In this document: piece after piece, positions 23,955 to 30,832 of the stretch | How the letters are laid out: each line of letters starts with the position of its first letter | How positions within the stretch are numbered: the first letter of the stretch is position 1 | IMG/VR virus record: IMGVR_UViG_3300038701_001030 | Location: 1 to 42,982 of that record | Direction: 5' to 3' (one strand) | Source of the DNA: a virus | Length of the DNA stretch: 42,982 nt | Made by a program: the position numbers and the translations under genes | The notes under the pieces: generated by a model | The model's database searches: none | The model's input: the letters and a program-made list of their open reading frames with translations, nothing else | What the model was told of the DNA's origin: nothing

Positions 23955-24272
23955 TTATTTTTTCTTCTTAGCCATTTCGAGGATCGTATTTTTCATGATA
24001 GTGCGGTGCGGTTCTTCGAGGTGCTCCCATGATATAAGCAGTTCGAGGCCTTCGGGGCTTATGTTGTCAATGTCTGAGGTGCCGAACCGGAGCCAGCCCG
24101 GGGAGACGTTCAGACCTTTTGCGATCTCTAATATTTTCGTGGGGTTTTTGTTTTTGCCGCGTTCTATCGACTTTATGTTGTCCATATCGACGCCGCAAAG
24201 CTCGGCCAGTTCGGTCTGTGTTAGGCCTTTTTGTAGCCTTATCGTTCTAAGTCGTGTCGCTAAATCACTCAT
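23955..24272 (-). CDS. XRE-family HTH repressor (CI-like)
   Basis: HTH segment LRTIRLQKGLTQTELAELCGVDMDNIKSIERG. The ATG at 24272 overlaps the lipoprotein stop (ATGA), and the longer track ORF (to 24317) overlaps that gene. No S24 peptidase domain is present. Confidence 0.8.
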   Translation of the reverse strand: MSDLATRLRTIRLQKGLTQTELAELCGVDMDNIKSIERGKNKNPTKILEIAKGLNVSPGWLRFGTSDIDNISPEGLELLISWEHLEEPHRTIMKNTILEMAKKKK

Positions 24273-24715
24273 AATTTTTGAAGTAGTTCGCTTTCGAGCG
24301 TGCCGAGGCTGACGCACTGTAGTGTGATATCTTGCGCCGCGCTACCTGGCTTGTACTCCGATGTAATGCGCGCTTTTACTTGTATTCGCTCTTCTGAGGC
24401 GATGACGTTAAACGCAACGGTGGAGTGTGTCCGCTTATCTCGGAGGTAGTTGATACCCATCGTCGAACCGCAGTCCGCATCGGTCAGCGCGAGGCGGGTA
24501 TTTTTCGGCGCGGTAGTTAATACACCGGATGCGGGATCGCTTGAGCTTATATCGTATCCCGCTAGCGCGAGCACTTGTTTAGCTTTTATTAACGCTTGTT
24601 CTGTCGATGGGTGGGGGTTCGGTTTCGCGTGTTCTTGCTCGATGGCGGTTGGCGCCTGGTACGTCGTCGCGCATCCGCTAAGCATTAAAGTAAAGGCAGC
24701 AATTTGTAACCGCAT
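24269..24715 (-). CDS. Lipoprotein co-transcribed with the repressor
   Basis: 148 aa with a signal peptide and lipobox (MRLQIAAFTLMLSGC). An AGGGGGA RBS precedes it, and it is the first gene of the leftward immunity transcript. Confidence 0.75.
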   Translation of the reverse strand: MRLQIAAFTLMLSGCATTYQAPTAIEQEHAKPNPHPSTEQALIKAKQVLALAGYDISSSDPASGVLTTAPKNTRLALTDADCGSTMGINYLRDKRTHSTVAFNVIASEERIQVKARITSEYKPGSAAQDITLQCVSLGTLESELLQKL

Positions 24716-24807
24716 GTAATCCCCCTTGTCTATCTAGTTTGCTGATTCTGCACCCATACTGTGCCTGATTCTAGGAATGTCGCACCCATTCAAAAACAGT
24801 GTTTTTA

Positions 24808-24835
24808 TTGACAATGGGTGTGAGGCACCCATAAT
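24808..24835 (+). promoter_or_regulatory. Rightward early promoter (TTGACA-N16-CATAAT)
   Basis: -35 at 24808-24813 and -10 at 24830-24835. The predicted start site falls 0-2 nt from the cro ATG at 24844, which has no Shine-Dalgarno sequence. Confidence 0.6.
24814..24832. promoter_or_regulatory. Operator palindrome ATGGGTG-N5-CACCCAT
   Basis: A perfect 7-bp inverted repeat fills the promoter spacer and reaches into the -10. Additional GCACCCAT half-sites lie at 24750-24757 and 24782-24789. Confidence 0.65.
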
Positions 24836-24843
24836 CTAGTGCA

Positions 24844-25116
24844 ATGAATCGTAAAAAAATCACACGCGCAGCGATAACCGCCGCCGGTGGCACTCGTGCC
24901 GTCGCCGAACAACTCGCCTCGCGCGAAAAAATCCATTTTAGAGTTGCTTACGAGCGCGTACGCAACTGGGCAAAACACGGGGCGCACGCAAAATATGCGC
25001 TCTTCCTCGAATCGCTTAGCGGGGTGTGTCGCTCGAAGCTCGCGCCCGAATACTACCCACCTTCCGAATATAACGGGATAGTAAAGCAGGCTAAGGCGAA
25101 TGGCAATAATAGTTAG
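24844..25116 (+). CDS. cro: Cro-like HTH regulator
   Basis: 90 aa, divergent from the repressor operon. The AITAAGGTRAVAEQLASREKIHFRVAYERVRNWAKHG pattern resembles Cro/YdaS-type regulators. Confidence 0.65.
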   Translation: MNRKKITRAAITAAGGTRAVAEQLASREKIHFRVAYERVRNWAKHGAHAKYALFLESLSGVCRSKLAPEYYPPSEYNGIVKQAKANGNNS

Positions 25117-25150
25117 TAATAACCCGACAAGCGGTAAGAGTTCGGACGAT

Positions 25151-25190
25151 AAAAAAGCCCGCTAGCGTGAACTAGCGGGCTTCGTATTTC
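25151..25190. terminator. Hairpin terminator between cro and the primase gene (bidirectional geometry)
   Basis: Stem GCCCGCTAG (25157-25165) / CTAGCGGGC (25172-25180). It is flanked by A6 upstream and TTCGTATTT downstream, so the cleaner U tract lies on the minus strand. Confidence 0.6.
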
Positions 25191-25250
25191 ACGTTGCTTT
25201 CAACTTACCGAGAAGGGGCGAAAGCAACCCTACATAAGGAATATCATATA

Positions 25251-27503
25251 GTGGGCACTAATCAAAATCAACGTTTCTTAGCACAACACGGCCGCACGTT
25301 ATTAAATGCCGGTTTCCCGATCGTACCGATTAAGCTCGGAACCAAGTACCCAGCGGGGTTATCTGACTGGGAAAACACCGACGCAACACCGGAGCATTTA
25401 CAATTCTGGTTAAACAATGGTTTTAGTGAGGGCGGCGTGGGCGTGCTTTGCCGTGAGTTTCCCGCCGTTGACATCGACGTCGAAGACGAACGCGCCGCCC
25501 AATTTATCCAACAGTTAGCCCACGACTTCCTCGGCTCCACTCCCGTACGTATCGGTAACGCGCCTAAGCGGCTGTTACTGTATAGAACGGACGAACCCTT
25601 TACTAAGATGGCAACCGCGAAGTATGTCACGGATACGGGCGAGGCGATGCGCGTCGAAGTGATGGGTGAGGGTCAGCAGGTGGTACTGCAAGCCGTGCAC
25701 CCTGATACCGGCCGACCTTACGTATGGGACTGCAACCTCGACGACTTACACCCCGACGACCTACCCGTCGTTAGTCTCGACACGATGCGCAGTTTCATTG
25801 CCAAAGTAGAAACGTTCCTTTCTGAGAACGGAACCAAGGTGACGCGCGGTAAGCCTGCGCGTTCGGCGGCGGAAGTGGCCGGACTCGATGCGCTCGCCGC
25901 CGCTAAACCCCCGCTGGGACTACGACCCGAACGACTGCGCGCAGACCTCGCCATGATCGAGGCGGACGACTACGAGACGTGGTGTACTGTCGGCATGGCA
26001 CTCTGGCACGAGTACAACGGTTCGACGGATGGCTTGGAGTTGTGGCGGGAGTGGTCTAGTAACTCGGTTAAGTTCGATAACAGCGCGATAGATAACAAGT
26101 GGTCGAGTTTTAAACCCGACGTTGGCCGCGCGGTCGTCACCTGCGCCACTATCATTAAGATGGCTAACGAGATACGCGAAGAGAATCGGCCATTTAAGCC
26201 TGAAGAAATACCCGACGACCCGTTAACCGCGTTTTTAGATCGCTACTGTTACGTAAGTTCGGGTGACTTGGTCGCCGATCTTATGGAGTCGCATGAAGTA
26301 TCAGTGTGTCGTCTTAATGAATTTAAAAATTATCACGCTAATGCGAAAGTACCCGTGCCAGCGCCGACAGCGAGCGAGCCGGACAGAGTCAAGCCCGTGC
26401 CCGTTGCGACGGTCTGGCTAACACATGAGTCGCGACTCAGTGCCAAAGGTTTAGGGTACTCGCCTGGTAAACCTCGGCTATACAGGGACGAGGAAGGCGC
26501 GGCGCGTATCAATACGTTTAGATTGCCGCCGCATGAGCAGATAAGCGGCGACGGGTTACTGCAGCCGTTCTTCGATCACATGGCCTACATACTGCCGATT
26601 GAGAAGGAACGGGAGTGGTTTATCGACTGGCTAGCGTTTAACGTTCAGTTCCCACATGAGCGGTCGAAGGTCACGCCGCTGCACGTTTCGGCCGTACACG
26701 GCACGGGGCGCGGGTGGATCGTTAAGCTACTAAGCAGTTTGTTAGGGGCGTGGAATGCGCAAAGTACGGACGTTGGTACACTCACCAAAGAGGGTGCGTT
26801 TACTGGATTTTTAAATAACTCACTAGTGTGCACTGTTGATGAAGTGTACGAGCCCAGCACGCGTTTTAGTATTAACGATCGCGTGCGGAACCTGCTCACC
26901 GAAGACAGGTTGCAAGTCAATGTGAAGTACGGGAGCCAGTGTACGCAGCGTGTGTATACGAATTTTTTCTTAATGTCTAATCACACCACTGACGCAATGG
27001 TGCTCACCCCCGAAGACCGGCGCATTAACGTACTCACCGGCGCGGATTATTACAAGCCGGACGGCTATTACGACGAGTTGTACAAATGGCTTAAAAACCC
27101 GCGGGCAATTGCGCAGTGTTACAGGTGGCTAATGCGCCGTCACGTTTCATTTAAAGGGTTCCAACGGTCGATGGACACACCCGCGCGGCGCGCCATGATC
27201 GAGGCAAGCCAAACGGACACGGAGTCCGTTTTCCGTGACTTCATTAATACCCCGCCCGCACCCGTCATGCTTTTGAAGGATATTAAAGCCCAGATAATGG
27301 AGCGGATCGGGGGCGATCCAATGGAAGTTGATTTTAGTGACAGGCAGCTCGGACTGTTACTTAAGCGGAATGGGCGTCGTGAGTTCGTAAAACGCAACGG
27401 TAGAACCGAGCGCGTCTGGGTGTTAGATCGACAAAAAGAATTTAACAACGAACAAATGCGCGACATTTTGAACAACTACGAAAGTGTAAAGGCGTTTTTG
27501 TGA
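25251..27503 (+). CDS. Primase-polymerase / SF3-helicase-like replication protein
   Basis: Prim-pol-like N-terminus (NAGFPIVPIK...AVDIDVED), PriCT-like segment (WCTVGMALWHEY...WREWSS) and C-terminal Walker B (LVCTVDEV). The start is likely the GTG at 25251, which has an AAGGAA RBS; the track uses a TTG at 25194. Confidence 0.75.
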   Translation: MGTNQNQRFLAQHGRTLLNAGFPIVPIKLGTKYPAGLSDWENTDATPEHLQFWLNNGFSEGGVGVLCREFPAVDIDVEDERAAQFIQQLAHDFLGSTPVRIGNAPKRLLLYRTDEPFTKMATAKYVTDTGEAMRVEVMGEGQQVVLQAVHPDTGRPYVWDCNLDDLHPDDLPVVSLDTMRSFIAKVETFLSENGTKVTRGKPARSAAEVAGLDALAAAKPPLGLRPERLRADLAMIEADDYETWCTVGMALWHEYNGSTDGLELWREWSSNSVKFDNSAIDNKWSSFKPDVGRAVVTCATIIKMANEIREENRPFKPEEIPDDPLTAFLDRYCYVSSGDLVADLMESHEVSVCRLNEFKNYHANAKVPVPAPTASEPDRVKPVPVATVWLTHESRLSAKGLGYSPGKPRLYRDEEGAARINTFRLPPHEQISGDGLLQPFFDHMAYILPIEKEREWFIDWLAFNVQFPHERSKVTPLHVSAVHGTGRGWIVKLLSSLLGAWNAQSTDVGTLTKEGAFTGFLNNSLVCTVDEVYEPSTRFSINDRVRNLLTEDRLQVNVKYGSQCTQRVYTNFFLMSNHTTDAMVLTPEDRRINVLTGADYYKPDGYYDELYKWLKNPRAIAQCYRWLMRRHVSFKGFQRSMDTPARRAMIEASQTDTESVFRDFINTPPAPVMLLKDIKAQIMERIGGDPMEVDFSDRQLGLLLKRNGRREFVKRNGRTERVWVLDRQKEFNNEQMRDILNNYESVKAFL

Positions 27504-27564
27504 ACAACAAGGTTTTGTTGTTCAGGGCGACGGTTGTTCACAGCAACAAGGTTTTGTTGTTCAG
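27501..27564. repeat. Two copies of a 21-nt hairpin-forming repeat
   Basis: caacaaggttttgttgttcag occurs at 27505-27525 and 27544-27564. The first forms a 10-bp stem (27501-27510 / 27515-27524) that includes the primase stop codon. Confidence 0.85.
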
Positions 27565-27581
27565 AACGACCGAAAACGTGA

Positions 27582-27859
27582 GGGGTTACGCTAGCGTTAC
27601 GCATCGGATTACTAAGCGTACCCCGAAAAAATACAGTTAAAACAACGTATTGAGTGTAAAAGGTTACGGGTTACGCTTAAATAATAAAAGTATTTCTTTA
27701 AGTGATATTTACTAAAAATACGCATTACGTATATAGGGACTTTTTGACAGATGCGTAACCCGTAACGTTTTGCACTTTGGAGACGGTCGAAGCGTTGCGT
27801 GGTGCGGGGTTCCGGCGGGTTACGCAAAAATAATCACGAGTAACCCGAAGCGTAACCCC
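27582..27859. other. Candidate replication origin: GGGTTACGC iterons flanking an AT-rich segment
   Basis: Forward copies at 27582-27591, 27594-27602 (variant), 27668-27676 and 27817-27825. Reverse copies (GCGTAACCC) at 27753-27761 and 27850-27859, with variants at 27838-27846 and 27616-27624. The AT-rich core spans about 27677-27750. No credible ORF is present. Confidence 0.5.
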
Positions 27860-27925
27860 GATTTTCGCCGGTTGTTCTGAGCAACATGTCGCTGAGAGCA
27901 ACAATAAGTAATTAATAAAACAACA

Positions 27926-28396
27926 ATGGGGGTATGTGCTGTGAACCACACACGAACTGAATGGCTAGACCGATACGACGAGTTAATCGAATCGCTAGAA
28001 AGTAAACGGGGCACCACACGTGCAGACCTGTTGCCCAAACTCGACAGAATGATACAGGTTGCGCGCGCAACACGTGACGCCATCGAACAGACGGACGACG
28101 GCGACACAATTAGTATCGTGCAGATAAACATACAGTTTTTTAATTGGTTCACGCAGGTGAAAGCGACACCGGCGCACGTGTTCAGCGAAGGAACACAGGT
28201 ACCGGAACCGGACGAAGAACCACGACATGCAATCACCATTACGCTGAACGGCCGACAGACTGGCAAAACGCGAGCCATAGCGGAACGCCTAGAAGAACTC
28301 CGTGCAGCGTCAGACGGTGAAATTGTCGAAGTGTCGAGAGAACGATTACAGAAAATCGCTGCAGTACTCGATGACCTGAAACAGAAAGGGGACTAA
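27926..28396 (+). CDS. Hypothetical protein
   Basis: 156-aa acidic helical ORF. An alternative GTG start at 27941 is preceded by GGGGG. Confidence 0.55.
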   Translation: MGVCAVNHTRTEWLDRYDELIESLESKRGTTRADLLPKLDRMIQVARATRDAIEQTDDGDTISIVQINIQFFNWFTQVKATPAHVFSEGTQVPEPDEEPRHAITITLNGRQTGKTRAIAERLEELRAASDGEIVEVSRERLQKIAAVLDDLKQKGD

Positions 28397-28400
28397 CAGC

Positions 28401-28613
28401 ATGATACGCGGCCGACTAATCACAACATTCAACGAGCTGTACTCATGGTGTCTAGTCAAGAATCAGCCTATTTTCCTACGCTCGAAACAAGGCGGCACCT
28501 ACACGGAACAGGGGTGGCGACACGTATCGAGCACACCGTTCGGCGCACTCACGAAAATGCTATCAAGTCACCGGATTTTTAGAGCACATAAGCCAGGTAC
28601 GGAGGTTTCATAA
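28401..28613 (+). CDS. Hypothetical protein
   Basis: 70-aa ORF whose TAATG stop overlaps the start of the Q gene. Confidence 0.5.
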   Translation: MIRGRLITTFNELYSWCLVKNQPIFLRSKQGGTYTEQGWRHVSSTPFGALTKMLSSHRIFRAHKPGTEVS

Positions 28614-29011
28614 TGAGCACATCGGCTAACGTAGTAATTTCTACAACGGGCGTCTGGTATCTGACCGACGATATAGACTCAATTCTCACCGACTGGGGTA
28701 AGTGGACGCGCACGAAGTCCGTGCCCCACACCGGATACCCTGCGCAGATACCCACGCGTAGGCTTATGGGTGCGGGAGTGGTCGCAGGTGCCTCGTTTGA
28801 CGACGACCAAGGCATCGAAGTGGAACGCGCTATCGCGTCGCTTGAGAGGCGCAACGCGGACGGCGAGCGGCGGGCGTCAGTCGTCAAGCACTCGTATCTG
28901 CGGCAACGCGGTGAGCGTGCCATTGCGCACGCGTTACGCATACCGCGCGGCAAGGTGCGCGAGGACTTAGCCGCCGCGCGATATTGGGTAGAGTGTAAGT
29001 TATTCGGGTAA
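28613..29011 (+). CDS. Late-gene antiterminator Q (small Q family)
   Basis: 132 aa. The pattern LTDWGKW...DDDQGIEVERAI..L......HSYL....ERAIAHALRIPRGKVREDLAAARYWVECKL matches small phage Q antiterminators. It lies upstream of a promoter plus tandem terminators and the lysis genes. Confidence 0.65.
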   Translation: MSTSANVVISTTGVWYLTDDIDSILTDWGKWTRTKSVPHTGYPAQIPTRRLMGAGVVAGASFDDDQGIEVERAIASLERRNADGERRASVVKHSYLRQRGERAIAHALRIPRGKVREDLAAARYWVECKLFG

Positions 29012-29018
29012 TTAGTAG

Positions 29019-29047
29019 TTGACAGTTTATAAATCATAAACTATAAT
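29019..29047 (+). promoter_or_regulatory. Consensus sigma70 promoter with an operator palindrome (probable higBA promoter)
   Basis: TTGACA (29019-29024), 17-nt spacer, TATAAT (29042-29047). The spacer is the inverted repeat GTTTAT-N5-ATAAAC (29025-29041). Confidence 0.7.
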
Positions 29048-29084
29048 AGTCTTCATTGATTAGCGAAACGCAGTAAGGGCAACC

Positions 29085-29363
29085 ATGATTAAATCGTTTA
29101 ACCACAAAGGGCTTAAGGCTTTTTTCGAGAAAGGCACGAAGAAAGGAATCAACCCAAATCACGCTGATAAACTTAGCGTACGGTTAGCGATCTTAGATGC
29201 TGCGGAAACGTTAGACCAGATAGACCAGCCGGGTTTTCGACTCCATGAGTTGAGCGGCGACCTTGACGGGCAACACGCTATTGACGTTTCGGGCAATGTC
29301 CGCCTGTTTTTTAAATTCGAAGACGGCAACGTCTACCTACTCGACTACGGAGACTATCACTAA
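29085..29363 (+). CDS. higB: HigB-type toxin (plasmid maintenance killer protein family)
   Basis: 92 aa, MIKSFNHKGLKAFFEKGTKKGINPNHADKL...RLHELSGDL.G.HAIDVSGNVRLFFKFEDGNVYLLDYGDYH. This is the typical HigB sequence pattern, and the toxin precedes the antitoxin. Confidence 0.85.
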   Translation: MIKSFNHKGLKAFFEKGTKKGINPNHADKLSVRLAILDAAETLDQIDQPGFRLHELSGDLDGQHAIDVSGNVRLFFKFEDGNVYLLDYGDYH

Positions 29364-29671
29364 TGGCTACAAATAGAATGCACAACCCCCCGCACCCTGG
29401 TGCGGTTTTCAAAGAGCTTTACGTCGATGAGCTAGGCCTCACGCAGAAAGAAATATGCGCGGGTAGCGGCCTAGGTAAATCGATGCTTAGTAAGTTTTTA
29501 AACGGTAAGTACCCGTGTACGCCTGAGATCGACATGCGGCTGTCAAAGCTATTCGGCAAAACGCCGGGCTTGTACCTACGCATGCAAACGGCTTTCGACA
29601 TGTTCCACGCGGAAAAGGAACTGCGCACGCAGCTACGAAAAATCAAACCAATGAAACTAAAAGCGGCGTAG
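29363..29671 (+). CDS. higA: HigA-type antitoxin (XRE HTH)
   Basis: 102 aa, MHNPPHPGAVFKELYVDELGLTQKEICAGSGLGKSMLSKFLNGK. Its start overlaps the higB stop (TAATG). Confidence 0.85.
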   Translation: MATNRMHNPPHPGAVFKELYVDELGLTQKEICAGSGLGKSMLSKFLNGKYPCTPEIDMRLSKLFGKTPGLYLRMQTAFDMFHAEKELRTQLRKIKPMKLKAA

Positions 29672-29696
29672 ATGTGACCCACGTCACGCCGCGCAG

Positions 29697-29726
29697 TTGA
29701 CAAGGTGGTCGACCATAAACTATAGT
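29697..29726 (+). promoter_or_regulatory. Late promoter (pR'-like) upstream of tandem terminators
   Basis: TTGACA (29697-29702), 18-nt spacer, TATAGT (29721-29726). The initially transcribed region holds a -10-like AACGCT (29735-29740) and the palindrome GGGATTAATCCC (29741-29752). Confidence 0.6.
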
Positions 29727-29767
29727 ATTTCTGTAACGCTGGGATTAATCCCACTGATACCTCGAAA

Positions 29768-29793
29768 AGCTCGCCACATCGGCGGGCTTTTTT
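29768..29793 (+). terminator. Intrinsic terminator t1 of the late leader
   Basis: Stem AGCTCGCC / GGCGGGCT (8 bp including one G-U pair), 5-nt loop, T6. Confidence 0.75.
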
Positions 29794-29825
29794 CGTTTTC
29801 GACCCTCCATATTTGTTTTCCTTAG

Positions 29826-29848
29826 ACCCGCCTCGTGCGGGTTTTTTT
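29826..29848 (+). terminator. Intrinsic terminator t2 of the late leader
   Basis: Stem ACCCGC / GCGGGT, 5-nt loop, T7. It ends 20 nt before the endolysin ATG. Confidence 0.8.
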
Positions 29849-29868
29849 ATTGCAGCAAAGGTAACGCT

Positions 29869-30240
29869 ATGACTAACCCAACTTGGAATTATTTCAAGTG
29901 GGACGACTTCGCGTGTCCGTGTTGCGGTGAGAACAAAATGGATCACACGACAGTCGACAAGCTCGACGCGTTACGAGGCTTCATTATGCTACCGTTTATT
30001 CTTAACTCGGCTTATCGCTGCGAGCGGCATAACGAGCGTGTCGGCGGCGGCGAGTTCAGCGCACACAAAGAGGGGCGCGCGGTCGATATACGCGCAAACG
30101 GCGGGCTTAAATACAGAATTTTAGCGGCGGATTTAGAAAAGCGGGGTTTTACCGGAATTGGCGTATATAGAAACATGCTGCACCTGGACACGGCACCCGC
30201 GACCCGTGACCGCTTACGGCCTTGGGCGTGGGCAGGGTGA
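29869..30240 (+). CDS. Endolysin, peptidase M15 family (zinc D-Ala-D-Ala carboxypeptidase fold)
   Basis: 123 aa with NSAYRCERHNERVGGGEFSAHKEGRAVDI and LHLD, giving the H..D..H zinc-ligand pattern. Confidence 0.85.
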   Translation: MTNPTWNYFKWDDFACPCCGENKMDHTTVDKLDALRGFIMLPFILNSAYRCERHNERVGGGEFSAHKEGRAVDIRANGGLKYRILAADLEKRGFTGIGVYRNMLHLDTAPATRDRLRPWAWAG

Positions 30241-30244
30241 CGAC

Positions 30245-30832
30245 ATGAAGAAAAAATACTACAACGAGATTCGCGACGAACTGAAAACCGGTGACGTGGT
30301 TCTCTTCGACGGTCGCGGATGGGTAAGCTGCTTAATTAAAATCGGCACATTTTCGCGGTGGTCTCACGTCGGTATCGTGTACCGACCGCATCCAACCGGA
30401 ACCGTTTTCCTTTATGAGTCTACAACCCTTAGCAACATAGCCGGCAGCAAAGGCGCAGCGGTTAAGGGAGTGCAAACCGTTGACTTATGGAATCGTGTAC
30501 GGAATTACAAGGGTACTATTGCTGTGCGGCAAGTTACCCGCGAAAAATTCACGTATCAAGAAGTGATTGCACTCGAAAAACTAAGAAGTAAATACAGGTA
30601 TAAGAAGTACGAGCGCAGCGCCGCCGAATTAATCAAAAGCGCATTTGGTCGTTTCGGCTTTTATCAGAAAGAAGACGACAGCAGTTTATTCTGTAGTGAA
30701 GTTGTAGCAGAGTGTTTACAAGCGCTTAACGTACTAAGCAACCGACGTAGCTCGAACAGCTATACGCCGGCGGACTTCGGCAACATGTCGACCGACGCGC
30801 TAAAACACCCGATTGAGATTTTAAAAGCGTGA
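30245..30832 (+). CDS. YiiX/YaeF-like permuted papain-fold (C92/NlpC-P60-like) hydrolase
   Basis: LKTGDVVLFDGRGWVSCLIKIGTFSRWSHVGIVY plus a C-terminal SLFCSEVVAEC. The ATG at 30245 lies 5 nt after the endolysin stop. The track's 30158 start would overlap the endolysin gene. Confidence 0.6.
   Translation: MKKKYYNEIRDELKTGDVVLFDGRGWVSCLIKIGTFSRWSHVGIVYRPHPTGTVFLYESTTLSNIAGSKGAAVKGVQTVDLWNRVRNYKGTIAVRQVTREKFTYQEVIALEKLRSKYRYKKYERSAAELIKSAFGRFGFYQKEDDSSLFCSEVVAECLQALNVLSNRRSSNSYTPADFGNMSTDALKHPIEILKA

Noticed and set aside
24273-24317. Longer N-terminus (MRQPRHARKRTTSKI) for the repressor.
   Set aside because: The extension overlaps the lipoprotein gene. The internal ATG at 24272 forms an ATGA coupling with the lipoprotein stop and leaves a normal HTH protein.
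25194-25250. TTG start at 25194 for the primase/helicase-like gene.
   Set aside because: It would begin inside the terminator tail, with no RBS. The GTG at 25251 has an AAGGAA RBS at 7-nt spacing.
29664-29691. The hairpin GCGGCGT...ACGCCGC at the end of higA as an intrinsic terminator.
   Set aside because: No U tract follows it; the sequence runs straight into the TTGACA of the late promoter. The two downstream hairpins with T6 and T7 tracts are the real terminators.
30158-30244. Upstream extension of the YiiX-like ORF (track start 30158).
   Set aside because: It would overlap the last 83 nt of the endolysin gene in another frame. The ATG at 30245 sits just after the endolysin stop, and the conserved domain starts right there.
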